From NCBI RefSeq assembly GCF_006345805.1, contig NC_043009.1:45198001-45262000 (forward strand): DNA of 64,000 bases, written 5' to 3'. Below, in pieces: positions 50,735 to 63,560 of the stretch; within the stretch, counting starts at the first letter, position 1, and every line of letters begins with the position of its first letter. The DNA is from Octopus sinensis. Its lineage: Eukaryota. Made by a program: the position numbers and the translations under genes. A model generated the notes under the pieces. That model saw nothing but the letters and a program-made list of their open reading frames with translations. It searched no databases and was not told the origin of the DNA.

Positions 50735-51020
50735 CAGTGCTTTCCAAACTTTTTCGGGTTGCCACCAACTTGGCTCCCGGGTCGCATTGCTAGCGCACCG
50801 AATTCATTATCACAAATACAGACCAGTTTCTGAAGCAAATTCAAAACAACTATTTATTTGACAAATAAAACTTAACGTAATTATCTTGTTATTTTGTTGT
50901 TTTTACATCCATCGTCTCCTTATGGTCACACCGGTGTCGTCTCACTTTTATTCAACGCTCCCTCCCCCAGTCTTTCTACCCCCAAGGAAGAGTAATACCG
51001 TACACTTTGGGAAATCATTG
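50735..51020. mobile_element. hAT (Buster/Charlie-type) MITE, 286 bp
   Basis: Termini CAGTGCTTTCCAAACT / ACTTTGGGAAATCATTG; 8-bp TSD ATCTAAAT / ATCTAGAT with the central TA typical of Buster-family hATs. Confidence 0.8.
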
Positions 51021-51863
51021 ATCTAGATAAACAAAGTATTTAAGGCTTTGGCTGACTTTTCCTTCATTATATATCTAGATCTCGTTCTCTTGAGGTTGAC
51101 CTGGAGCTAAAAAAACATCAACACCCGACATTCATTTTATTGTCTATGAGGGAGACAAAAAGTAAAGTTAAAATATCATGGAAATCAGGAGAGTAAAGGT
51201 TCGAATTTCAGGCTATTAAAGCATCTATCACTGCATTTAAGTATTACCTCAACCATAATTCATCCATCCGTGCACTTAGATATGAGATTTATCCATTAAA
51301 TCTCATCATGTACTAAAATGGTTTTCGATTTTTATAATTTGTATTTTCAGCTGAATATTCGGAATGTTCCATATATTTTATCATTTACGCTTTTAAACTT
51401 TGACTCTTTCACATCTATTACAGCGAGTCTATGATTTCTTTTCTATAATCATTATATATCGTAATGTTACTGAAACAAGCCTTCAAAGTAGCAATTTACT
51501 AGTTTTCACATGTAATGTAGTTTTAGTTGCTCTATTCTATTATGTGTTACAGACAATGGTTTAGAATTAATGTTAACAGTGTGGACGAGGGACATAACGA
51601 AGTGCATGACGGGAACGAACAGAAAAACATTATGGACAGAAATTCAAATTTCAGAATACGTATACACAGACATCCACTCCTGCATGCATATGCATATATA
51701 TACACACACAAACACAAACACTATCAAACTAAAGAATGTAGGAACTACTTCATGATAGACACGTTCGTTTGTTATGGTAGGAAAAATAGCTAATCTGCAT
51801 CGAATCGGAGCCTAATGTCATAGAAGAAGAAACACTTGATGTAAGAAATAGACTACTTTATAT

Positions 51864-52270
51864 ATCTCTTTACTCTTTTACTCGTTTCAGTCATGTGGCT
51901 GTGGCCATGCAGGAGCATCGCCTTTAGTCGAGCAAATCGACCCCAGGACTTATTCTTTCTAAGCTTAGTACTTATTCTCTCTGTCTCTTTTGCCGAACCG
52001 CTAAGTTACGGAGACGTAAACACACTAGAATCGGTTGTCAAGCGATGTTGGGGGGGGGGACACAGACACAAACATATACACACACATACATAAATATACA
52101 TATATACGACGGGTTTCTTTCAGATTCCGTCTACAAATCCACTCACAAGGCTTTGGTCGGCCCGAGGCCATAATAGAAGACACTTGCCCAAGGTGCAACG
52201 CAGTGGGACTGAACCCGGAACCATGTGGTTCGTAAGCACGCTATTTACCACACAGCCACTCCTACGCCTA
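51864..52270 (-). mobile_element. Full-length CORE-type SINE (one arm of the inverted duplication with 58116-58582)
   Basis: Near consensus, with private variants shared only with the 58150 copy. Confidence 0.92.
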
Positions 52271-52620
52271 TATCTATATACTTTTCTGTACATCCGTCTT
52301 CCTCTAGATACAATATTTCAGAACAAAAATTGCTATGGTCTTGGGAGGAAGAATTCTATCTCATCTCTTCTCGAGCAGGTCTGATTAGCTAAAGAACAAC
52401 TAAAAACACAGCCTGTCACACACATACATACGTGTGCTCAAAATATAAACGTTCATTAATACATGCACATATACATATTGGTATGTATAGACGCATGTCT
52501 GGGCGCAAGGAAGACACATACAAGGTTCGATGTTTGTCCTCTCCCGTAGTTATCTCACAATTAATCAACTCAGTAATTCAATAATTGGTAATTCTTCCAA
52601 TCTCACTCACTGAAGGAACA

Positions 52621-53025
52621 TTTTACTCTTTACTCTCTCTTTTACTGGTTTCAGTCATTTGACTGTGGCCATGCTGGAGCACCGCCTTTAGTCGAGCAAA
52701 TCGACCACAGGACTTATTATTTGTAAGCCCAGTACTTATTCTATCGGTCTCTTTTTGCGAACTGCTAAGTTACAGGGACGTAAACACACCAGCATCGGTT
52801 GTCAAGCGGGAAACAAACACAGACTCACAAACACACACACACAAATACATACACATATACACACACATATACATATATATATACATATATACGACGAGCT
52901 TCTTACAGTTTCCGTCTACCAAATCCACTCACAAGGCTTTGATCGGCCCGAGGCTATAGTAGAAGACACTTGCCCAAAGAGCCTACGCAGTGGGACTGAA
53001 CCCGGAACCATGTGGTTCATAAGCA
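52621..53025 (-). mobile_element. CORE-type SINE, slightly 5'-truncated
   Basis: Near consensus; very similar linker to the 39011 copy. Confidence 0.9.
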
Positions 53026-53559
53026 TGTTCAAATTTGTTGATATATTCATTTCATATTTAAATTCACCATGGCCAAATCTTGTTGCAATCAAATAAGGCT
53101 ACAGACGCCAACACGAAGAAGTGCGAAGAATTCAAGGACAATATAGAAAAGTAAACATAATCTTAATAGCTTTCGTTGTAAAATAAATTGAATTTGTAAA
53201 GAACATTTTCCTTGGAACGAAATAATCGCCGTACAAAGGTAATAAATCCCTCAAGTTACATAAAGAGAATGAACGGTCTCATTCACATAGAGTTAAATTA
53301 TTTCACGACGGAATATATTCGCCAATAGACAACGTTCCTTGAAAGTAAAAAGGAGAATGCCGAATGCAAGTTTATTCCTAAAATATAGTGCACTGCATTT
53401 ATAATACTAAACGAAGATATTTCAATAAATGTAAGAGATATTCTAAAAACGGCTATAGCACTATACGCGACAACACACACTCCGCATGTAGCTATGGCTA
53501 TGATACTTTGTGTATCATGAATGAAAAGGGCAAAGAATATAAACAATTGTTATTTATTC

Positions 53560-54310
53560 TCAGCGAAATAATGTTACAGGAGAATATTGATTCTTTTCTA
53601 ATCCTATGACTGCAAGGCAGAGCATATTTAACTTGCATTGATAGGAGACCTACAGTGCCGACATTGACCGTGATTAATGTAGAGAATAAAATATTAACAA
53701 CGGAATAATGCTATTTTACTTTTTAAAATAAACGTCTTTTTATCACAAATGTTTCACAGTGCTGGGAAGGTACTAAAAAAGTATAGAAAGAATTAAAATG
53801 TCATCAGGGATTTGACAAACAGTGAGAAACGATGTTAGATACACGGAAAAACCAATATGCAGGTAACGAAACATAAGATATAAATTAATGAATAGATTTA
53901 CTTTCCATAAGAAAATTTGAAGAATAAAATAGGCAAAAAAAAAAAAAAGAAAGAACTCATAAATAGAGAAGGAGAACACGAGTGAATGGCCGGAAGAAAT
54001 ATAATTTACAACTAGAAATGCGTAGTGCAATCGAAATAAAATAGTAGTCCACAAAACATGAGAGGCAACAAAAATTCGTAATTACTTTGCAAGAAAATAT
54101 TCGTTCTGGAGAAAATTCTGGAACTAGAAAAAGAAATTTAACATGTATACTGTGTGGCTTGAAGACATCTGAAAGAGGTACAGCCATTGGTATCCTTGAA
54201 TCAGCAATAGAAAAACACCAGGAAAACATTAGGAAAAGACTTGATTGTGGTGTGTTGGTGCAAAAGAACTGGTCTTCTATTGGCGACTTTTTCTCAAACT
54301 CTATCGCCAA
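53560..54310 (+). pseudogene. Very degenerate R4/Dong-like LINE C-terminal fragment
   Basis: NIDSFLIL*LQG; TTRNA*CNRNKIVV (cf. TDR.I..NRPDIVV); LCGLKTSERGTAIGILES (cf. LW.LKT..+PIVIGALG); a QK.GLLL-like end. Confidence 0.5.
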
Positions 54311-54441
54311 TCAGGTCAATGGGGACCTAGACACACACGCAAACACACACACACACACATACACAAAGTATGTATGTATATATTGGAGTAAATGTAGGAA
54401 TAAGCAAATCAGGCGAGTCGATATAGAAAAAATATTAAAAT

Positions 54442-54738
54442 ATCACGTGACCGACCAGTCCAACAGATGTAGTTACGCATCGCTGGTCACAATGCGTTCG
54501 CATTGTTTTAGGCTTCGAATGACGCCACCCCTGGCTAAGTGAGCAGGCCAACAGAAGAAAGAGTGGGAGAAAGAGTGGTGAAAGAGTACAGCAGGGATCA
54601 CCACCCCCTGCCGGAGCATCGTGGAGCTTTTAGGTGTTTTCGCTCAATAAACACTCACAACGCCCGGTCTGGGAATCGAAACCGCGATCCTACGACCGCG
54701 AGTCCGCTGCTCTAACCACTAGGCCATTGCGCCTCCAC
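54442..54738 (-). mobile_element. tRNA-derived SINE (head B + tail 2), young copy
   Basis: Reverse complement: GTGGAGGCGCAATGGCCTAGTGGTTAGAGCAGCGGACTCGCGGTCGTAGGATCGCGGTTTCGATTCCC. Confidence 0.92.
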
Positions 54739-54788
54739 ATATTAAAATATACATATGTTTATATATAAAAAAAAAGTCCGACTCACTC

Positions 54789-55231
54789 AGAATAGAAATT
54801 ATGACTGGAATTAAAAGGGCTGAATAAGAGTTTTTATGAGTTCAGCACTTGTTTTTTTATTCGCGTAGGGGATGGTGGCTTGGGGTCCAAAATAATAATC
54901 GTAAATTGATTCCATCACCGGTTAATACTAGCCTCCTTCTTCAAGGAAGAAGTTTTACATTTGATGTGTTGACAGAAAGGAGAAAAGAACTCTTGAAAAT
55001 AGAGGAGTACTCAAGTGAATGGCTAGAAGAAATATAATTTACGACATCTTTAATTTTATTTCTGTCAACACCTCAAATGTAAAACGTTTTACCTGAACAC
55101 GGAGACTAGTATTAACCGATGACGGAATCAATTCGCAATCATTATTTTGCGCCAACAAACCTCCAGAAACAACTGTCGGACTCGTAAAACTCTTATTCAA
55201 CCGCTTTAATTCCTGATACTATTTCCATTCT
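54789..55231. mobile_element. MITE-like foldback with ~190-bp imperfect arms
   Basis: GGAATTAAAAGGGCTGAATAAGAGTTTT...CGGTTAATACTAG...TTTTACATTTGA..TGTTGACAGAAA mirrored at 55060-55231. Confidence 0.8.
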
Positions 55232-55417
55232 TTTATATGTAAACATATGTACATTTTTGTATTAAATGTATTTAATTTTTTTTGTGATTCAATTTGACAA
55301 ACTTGCTTATCCTTATATATTTACTTCTCTACCTGCTTAAGTTTAAACCTCTTGAGCACTACGAAGTGTATTCTATACGGAGAATATCTGTCTCTCATGT
55401 GTTTTTTTCTCTGTGTA

Positions 55418-55455
55418 TCTTTCTGTTGAAGAGCGTAGGCTCGAAACGTTAAAGA
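55418..55455 (+). ncRNA. Minimal type I hammerhead-ribozyme-like motif (variant core) in a solo pLTR-like segment (55321-55553)
   Basis: Stem I TCTTT/AAAGA, core CTGTTGA (A6>U), extra A, stem II GAGC-GTAG-GCTC, GAAAC-GTT with palindromic AACGTT stem III. Confidence 0.6.
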
Positions 55456-55557
55456 CTTGTTTTATTTATATTTCCTGAGCGCCATACTAATACAATTGTT
55501 TGTTTGTTTTCCACCTGCCTTCGTCTTTTGTCTATTTTCATAAAGCTTCCCGTTATA

Positions 55558-55602
<45 letters not shown>

Positions 55603-55606
<4 letters not shown>

Positions 55607-56390
55607 TCTCTTCGACGACACACACTACCGTCAAAAATGTGGCATTGCGATGGGTACCAAGGCTGCACCAGTCCTTGCGAACCTCATAATGGGTTACTTC
55701 GAACTGTCACTCTATGAAATATCAAGCCAGAAATTTGGACATGTTTTCCACACCTACCTAATGGAAAACTGGAAAAGGTATTTAGATGATTGTTTCATCA
55801 TATGGAAAGAACCTTATGAAAAACTCCTGGAATTCAAAACCATACTAAACAACATACATCCCAACATCCAATTCACTATGGAATTAAGCAAACATCATCT
55901 CCCATTCCTTGATCTCCTATTTATAAAAACACCTAAGAACCAAATCATAACAGACATCTACCACAAACCTACAGACTCACAACAATACCCCCTCTTTAGT
56001 TCATGCCACCCAAAACATACCAAGACAAATATCCCTTTCAATTTAGCTAAAAGGGTATGCACCATTGTCTCGGATCCAAAAACACGAGAAATACGCCTTC
56101 AAGACCTCAAAAAAACACTATTACAACGTCAATATCCCTCCACCCTTATAGAGTATGGAATAAAACGCGCCAAAGAACTAGACAACACTACACTGAAAAC
56201 CACCCAACCTAACACCACACACAACCTCAAAATACTTCCATACATTTCCACCCACAACCCAAAAATATCGAAGCATACACCACAATCATACAAAACCTCA
56301 GTCTACTGTCAACAGACCCAAAAATGAAAAACATTATAAATACACACAAAATCCTTAAATGCAAAAGGCAACACAAATCTTTAAAAAACT
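55603..56390 (+). pseudogene. PLE reverse transcriptase (C-terminal half + thumb)
   Basis: YRQKCGIAMGTKAAPVLANLIMGYFE; WKRYLDDCFIIW; FTME...LPFLDL; TDIYHKPTDSQQYPLFSSCHPKHTKTNIPFNLAKRVCTI. Frameshifts near 56265 and 56390. The N-terminal part of ORF 55500 is spurious (TA repeat). Confidence 0.93.
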
Positions 56391-56398
56391 CTTGACAA

Positions 56399-56845
56399 AT
56401 GCCAAATCACACACCACATCCACCCCCAACAGTAAAACAATGTGCACGCTCAAACTGTGGTACCTGCCCCTTTCTACTTGAAGGCTCTGAATTTACCTTC
56501 AAACAAGGTACGAAGTTTAAAATCAAGACTAACTTCTCCTGTTCCTCCGAGAACCTTATCTACGTTCTCACATGCGCTGGTTGCCAACATAATTATGTTG
56601 GACAAACGAGTCTCCCGTTACGTAAACGAGTAACGGTGCATAAAGAACAAATAAATCTCCCGGAATACCGACAAATTCCACTGAGTGACCACTTAGACTC
56701 ATGTGCTAAAGACTTAAACCCCAAATTCTATATATTCCCCTTCTACCAATGTAAAGACGGGATCACCACACAGGAGAGAATTAACAAGGAGAATCTCTTT
56801 ATTGAAAAATTCCAAACACAACTTAATATGCAAACTCCTCGTTGA
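56399..56845 (+). pseudogene. PLE GIY-YIG endonuclease with upstream CxxxxCxxC motif
   Basis: CARSNCGTC...FSCSSENLIYVLTCAGCQHNYVGQTSLPLRKRVTVHKEQI...LSDHL...ERINKENLFIEKFQTQLN. Confidence 0.92.
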
Positions 56846-57473
56846 TCAAACTTCCTTTCTCTACCTCACTCTTCATGGATGGACTAACACAAATATATAA
56901 GATACCATGCATTCATCACTTCAAGCTAAAACTTATATTCTTTAAATATCATTTTTACTATTGTTGTTATTACTATCATTTTTATTATAAATGATATGAC
57001 AATTTGAAATGCAATTGTCTATGCAGATTTATATTATTAGAAAATAATATAAATAAAGTGTTAAAATCTGAAAGTTAAGTTAACAAGCAATTATATAAAA
57101 AAGATAATGCAAATGAAGCTAAAATGATAGTTTTATAATTGGGTTTTATTGAAGAACTCAAAAGAGTTGTCTCCCCTTACCCACAACACAGGAACTGAAG
57201 AACCAGGACCACAATTACTACTACTTCCTGTCCTGCAACATGCTGAATTTAACAACACAACACATCACATGCTCTTAATCCCTTTGGATCTTAACACCTC
57301 AAGGTAATTTTTTGGTAAACAACCTTAAAACTCAAGATACACAACGAACTCACAATGTATCGGAGAACTTATTTTTTAATTTTGTACATTTTTATCATTA
57401 TTCTTTTACAAAAACAATGCAATTTTCTTTTTTTCCCCTTTCTAATTTTTAAAATAACTTCTTAAAACATAAA

Positions 57474-57514
57474 TATTCTTGACAAGTCATACAATGACGA
57501 AAACCGGTTGAATA
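57474..57514 (+). ncRNA. Decayed hammerhead-like motif in the PLE 3' pLTR
   Basis: Stem I TATTC/GAATA, core TTGACAA (cf. CTGAYGA), stem II GTCA-TACAA-TGAC, GAAA, palindromic ACCGGT. Confidence 0.5.
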
Positions 57515-57734
57515 AATATATATTATATATTTTATCATTTTCTCATTTTATTAAAATTTTCTTTCATTTGAGCATTCTGCATTTTTAAAAAAATTTTTCC
57601 TTACTTATCATTTCTCCACGTGCGGTCAACACAACCCCACCATTTATTGATCTCTATATATATATATGTATATATTATATATATATATAATATATATATA
57701 TATTATATAATATTATATATATATATATATATAT

Positions 57735-57770
<36 letters not shown>

Positions 57771-58149
57771 CTGTGTGTGTGTGTATGAGTGAAGGCTTGG
57801 TTGTGTGGTTAATAAGTTTGCTTTGCATTCATGTGTTTTCGACTTCAGTCTCACTGAGTGACATATTTGGTGTCGTCTACTATAACAGTGAAAATATGCA
57901 AGACTTTTCTCAAGTTCAAAATATGAATCTGTTTTTGTTAACTACATTCTAACGATGGGGGTTTTTATGTTTGTTAGAAACCAGCTCTTAACTTACATGA
58001 AGACTTCATATAAAGAAAAGGAGAGAACATACGCGCACACATGTAAATAGCTAGGCTGGAATTTAGTTGAGTTTGTAGAAAGACAGAAAGACAGAGGGTC
58101 CACAGAAATACAAGTAGGAAGACGGATGTACAGAAAAGTATATAGATAT

Positions 58150-58557
58150 AGGCGTAGGAGTGGCTGTGTGGTAAGTAGCTTGCTTACGAACCACATGGCT
58201 CCGGGTTCAGTCCCACTGCGTGGCACCTTGGGCAAGTGTCTTCTATTATGGCCTCGGGCCGACCAAAGCCCTGTGAGTGGATTTGGTAGACGGAAACTGA
58301 AAGAAATCCGCCGTATATATGTATATTTATGTATGTGTGTGTATATGTTTGTGTCTGTCTTTGTCCCACCCAACATCGCTTGACAACCGATTCTAGTGTG
58401 TTTACGTCTCCGTAACTTAGCGGTTCGGCAAAAGAGACAGATAGAATAAGTACTAGGCTTAGAAAGAATAAGTCCTGGAGTCGATTTGCTCGACTAAAGG
58501 CGATGATCCTGCATGGCCACAGCCACATGACTGAAACAAGTAAAAGAGTAAAGAGAT
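58150..58557 (+). mobile_element. Full-length CORE-type SINE (second arm of the inverted duplication)
   Basis: Shares unique flanks and private variants with 51864-52270. Confidence 0.92.
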
Positions 58558-59724
58558 ATATAAAGTAGTCTATTTCTTACATTAGAAATATCCTCGACAG
58601 TTCAATGGCGCTAAACTGATGATTGAAATGTAACATGATTTACTTGGTTCCCTTACACAGGAGGTATCTTCTAGAAAAAAAAAAGAATAAACACAAAGAC
58701 GAAGCTTATAAAAAAACAACCAACCAACCAACCAACCAACCAACCAACCAACCAACCAGCCAACCAGCCAGTCAACAAAAACAAAAAAAAAAATCATAGT
58801 TGCAACATGGAAAAGAAATATTTTGCAATTATTTGATCTCCAAACAATTATTTTTAGTTGAAATATCCACTTATCTTTGATAGAGTGTTTACAAAATATA
58901 AATTTAAAATCAGGATGTTGCCATCGATAACACATGTCAAGTTAAATCAACAACGGATGCTTTTGTAAAATGGTTGTTTGTGTTTAAACTGTATAATCGT
59001 ACACGGAACAAACAAAAAAACAGAAGCTTTACAACATGTGGTAATAATGATGATGATGACGACGATGATGATGATAATTATGATGGTAGCGATGATGATA
59101 ACGATGATAAATTCTGAGTCACCAATTTCCGTATCGAGTCAATCACGTCATACATACCTACTTCCATCGTCTTCGTTTTTTCTCCTCTTCAACTCTTCCT
59201 TTCTCACTACTTAAACTGTTCTGTTATTTTCTTTCGTTTTCAATCTTATTTTATATTTTATATGAAGTTATCTATTTTATTCTCGACAAAAATCTTATAT
59301 GATTGGAGAACTTCATTTTTCTAAGATTTAACATTTCAGTTGAGTATTTCGATTTTACTTTTGAACTACTTATATTTTACTTTCATTTGTTTCTTTTTTT
59401 TTTTAAATTGGGTACGCAAACCCCTAGGGAGAAATACGAGGCTTTGAAGTTAATATTTTACCGAGAGGACTTAATAATGTGGATGAAGTGAATATATTTC
59501 AATCATAAATCAAAGTTCTGTTGTGGACATGGTTTGCCCGGGGGCTAGCTTTTATTCTTCACCGTTTCTCGATGCTTGTCACTACATTACCAGATGTTAT
59601 TGAACAATTATCCCCAAATTTGTTCTCACCAAATTATTGGAGTTTGCGCTTTTAACCTGGCAGAAGAAGATGATTAAAAAAGGAATGTGTTGTTTAAAAT
59701 TTGCTCAGTTAGGACTGTGCAAAC

Positions 59725-60085
59725 CTGCGACCAAAGGCATGCCAGCCATGACCGTCTCTCTGTTTTTCGTTGACATCTAGATATGCTTTATTGCTTTATG
59801 TAATGTGTACTATTTGTTTTTAAGAATGTAAGGGGTTATTCACGGGGATCTGGCTCCTACTTTGAGCAGATCGAGCGACGACTATATAGCGGCTCTCTTG
59901 TTAGTTTGTAGAATATCTTCTGGACGAAAGGCGTTCCAGTTGTGAGTATCTCGTCTCTCCCCTCCAGTTACAAGTGTACTTAGTAGTACAATTTCTGATA
60001 TCCCTTTTTTTCAAATATGGTGGAATGATTTAATTGAAATGTTGTTATAATTTCTAGCCGGTCGAGTGTCTGCTTAGAAGCTGTC
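59725..60085 (+). repeat. Two degenerate units of a common interspersed repeat (CAAAGGC.TTCCAG...GATTTGGCT.CT.TTT..AGCAG.TCGAG)
   Basis: Similar fragments at ~19370, 21490, 34995, 47530 and 51075; family unassigned. Confidence 0.5.
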
Positions 60086-60264
60086 TTCTTGACTTGAGAT
60101 AATATGCCTCATCCTTTTTTGCCAACAAAGAAAATATCTTTCACTGAAAGGCAAAATCACAACACAAACTTGGTTTGCTACATAAGAGCATTATGTATAA
60201 CACTTTGAAATGTAACGGATTTAAATGTTTAAGAGAGGAGCGTGATTTATTTGTGATGTACGTA

Positions 60265-60650
60265 AATGTAAGCATGTGTGGTTAAAAAGTTTATCATCAC
60301 AACCACGTAGCTTCCACAGCAAATAACTTCTGTTGTAGCCTCGAATTAGCTAATACATTATCAATGGAAGTTGGTGGACTGAAATTGAATAGAAGCCTAC
60401 CATGGATATGTGTGTGTGTGCGTCCTCGAGCACGGTTTATCTGCTTGCATCTGTGTTTATGCTTTAAAGAAACCCTAATATGTAGGTTGTGGAAACGTCG
60501 TTGTTCCGAAAAGCGCTAGGAGAATAGGATATTAATAAAATAAGGAAAAGCCCACATGAGTACTAGGATTTTTTAGATCAACCATAACATTTAATGCCTC
60601 ACCATGTCAAGTTACTGATGCCAAGAAAAGAATAAACGAATAAAAAAAAA
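60265..60650 (+). mobile_element. Highly diverged CORE-type SINE
   Basis: Residual head (GTGTGGTTAAAAAG...AACCAC), linker and AAAAGAATAAA end. Confidence 0.5.
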
Positions 60651-63329
60651 CGTCTTTTTAATGGTAATTCACACGATCTTCTTCGCAGTAGTTTCAGTTA
60701 GCAGTTTTATTTTGTCTGAATACAAAATTTTAATATTCAAAGTGATAAGGAATTGAGATGTTGAAGTGATTAAATACGGTTCCTATTAATGTTAGTGAAA
60801 GTGACCCGTGAGAGCATCAATTGAGAATCGAAGCCAGTTCTCGTTCGATTTGTTTGACTCTTCATAATTACTCAATGGTTATTACAGTCTCAGTGAATTA
60901 TTGAAGGTAGATAGAGTATTGGCTATTTATTTCATACGATTGAATGTTATTAAATTTGATTTAAGCAACCCATTAGGTAGCCGATAACCTAATTGATAGT
61001 GAAAGTGTTAATTCCGAATCTACTTTTATAAAATACAGATTTAGTGACATCGATTTGCTAAAAGTTCTCATCCACCATTAGCATTTCATAACTAAATACT
61101 TAATGAAAATACAGCGAACGCAGCAGGGCAAGAAATGAGCTTCCGGCAAGCAATGTCCACTAGTTAGTTTCAGTTCTCGTTTTCAATGAAGCCAGTTCAC
61201 TTCAGTTTCCTCGTTAATGCCAAATCCCATTTACCATTTATTTTGTTATAAAATTGGTGTTTCTTTGCTTCGAGCTCAAAACCGATATCAACTCAGATTG
61301 TTTCTTTCACCTACTAAATAGGACGAAAAACAAAGCAAAAAGCAACCCCATCGCCAACAACTACCACTCCCCACCCAAATCTACAGAGGGAAAAAAATTC
61401 CAAAAGAAAAAAAACGTTTTGCTTGATGAAAAAAACTTCATTTTATTCGCAGACATTTTGAAGTTGTGAAACATTCTTTCAATGCTGGTTTCTTTTCTCT
61501 TGTCAGAAACAATTATTCATTTATAAGAACAGAAAATAGAATATTGTGACATTCGTGCTTTCTACAAAGACATTAGCGGCATAAAAGCGAATTAGCCTGA
61601 ACGGAAAATTGAAAATGCGACTGTAGCGTCTTCTTGGCAGTTTTATTATGTTTTAGTTTTGGTGAGTTACAGACGCATTATACAACACTCACCAAAAATA
61701 ATCATTTTATTAATGATGTCTTACATTAGCAGAATCCCGCACATAGTGTAGCAGAGTGGTACATATTCTATACACCCTAGGAGCAGAAAAGTAAACACGC
61801 CTACAACTGGAATTGACGTAGAGATAAGTAACTAAATGCTATTTTATTAGGCCCTGCAGTGCTTCTGTCACTCTAGAACACTTAATCCCTGAAATAATTA
61901 TCTATCCTTTATCTTTTTGCTTGTTTCAGTCATTGGATTACAGTCATGCAGGGGCATGTTGGAGGGTTTAGTCGGAGAAATCGACTTTAATATTATTCAT
62001 TCTAATCCTGGTAAGAGAAAACATGTCCTGTGCAGTCACGGCTGGAAAATCGACTTGGAGGTGGGTTTCGATTTGTTTTCGAATTACAGATTAGATTTTA
62101 TAACGATTTAAGGCAGATTTAAATTTCATATTCCTGAAAGAGAAAATTTTGAGCTTACATTACTGAAGAAAATCAATTGACTATAATCCATATATTATTA
62201 TATGTGTATATTTTGCTACTGTTGCACTATCTACCACAGAGGTAATATGTTTTTAAAACACTAAACAAAGGAAGTAGTACTGAAATATAGACTGCAAACT
62301 GAGCTATTTTCTCTTGGTAAAGAGTCAAAAGAAATAACATTTTATAAATTGAAAATGTTAGCATTTATCAGAAAATTTTACCGTCAAAAGTAGGGTATTT
62401 ATTCGATGCAACACAATAGCTTTAATTCTATTCTCTAGCATTCCTCTCTTTTCAAAATAAAGCCTCTGCTGCTGCCCATACAACAGAATTATTTCAAAAA
62501 TAATATTGAACTAGTGTCTTGTGAGTTTAATAAATTGCTAAAGATAAAATGAAACGGCTAATGCTGTTGATATGCATGGCTTTTTGCCAATGCAGATGGG
62601 TCCCATTGTGAGAACGGTTAAAGTTAATAAATTTCTGTTCGTTCTCAGTCCTAGAAAGTGTAATTAAATTTCGGTGATGGCTTCGGTGCTAAAGACAAAC
62701 AAACCATTTGGGATTGATATTTCAATTTAGATAAATAAATACGTCAGCATCTACTAAGTTATTTACCGATAATTTTCTTTAATTATTTTTTATTTTCTCT
62801 AATGGAAGAATTTCATTATCTAAAATCGATCAAATATTTTGATACAACATTCAGTAACCATGCCAAGCATTATTAATACAATAATCTAATTAACACCGCA
62901 TTATCGTTTTCAAAATGTCTGTTTTTTTTATTTCTTTATTTGTGTTGCACAAAATGGTCAATAATAGCCCAGCTTTTACATATCCTGCACTGATTGATAT
63001 CATTGTTGGTCTTATTTTTGTGTTAAAATGTAGACATATTTATTTAGTAATTTAGTATTTTCTTTATTAGAGAAAATCTTCAACTTCGCTTATGTTGGTT
63101 TTGAAATTTCGAATACAAATATGCTACTTGCTTACGAAAATGTTTCTTAAAAATAATTACATATTTCGAAGTGCAATATACATTTGATTATGTAGTAGGT
63201 GTTTGTGTCTGTATGCATATGTGTGTGTGAGTATCTGTGTATGTATTATGATTTTCGGAAGACAAACACTTAATAAAATCTCTTTACTATTAGTAATATA
63301 ACTTGATTACGCAGAGTAATTAGTAACTG

Positions 63330-63560
63330 TCTCGCTGTTTTACAGCATATTTCTCCTGCAGCCACCAGCTTACAATCGTTTAAAAGAAGATGATGACGAT
63401 ATCGCAGGTCTCGGCGGAGCCTGAAGGGTGCCATGGGCAGGCTCCTTTCAACCTGACAACATTTAAGCTTAGTCGTCACTCGCAAACGACTATAATTTGG
63501 TAACGTATACCATACATTTGCTAATATTTTAGATGCATACGTACTAACGAACAAAAATGG
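63330..63560 (-). pseudogene. Possible RTE-like RT C-terminal relic
   Basis: ANVWYTLPNYSRLRVTTKLKCCQ...RYRHHLLLN loosely matches VW....L...TKLKVY.A...Y.RH.+.LN; weak. Confidence 0.35.

Larger units (their letters stand above)
55603..57520 (+). mobile_element. 5'-truncated Penelope-like element (Neptune-like), inactive
   Basis: PLE-type RT, Cys-rich linker, C-terminal GIY-YIG, a long AT-rich 3' region with a hammerhead-like relic, and (TA)n at both ends. Confidence 0.92.

Noticed and set aside
51551-51660. Acceptor-flanked frame reading DNGLELML, similar to ASIC/ENaC GNGLEIML
   Set aside because: Similarity ends after seven residues, two frames are equally open, and the donor is weak.
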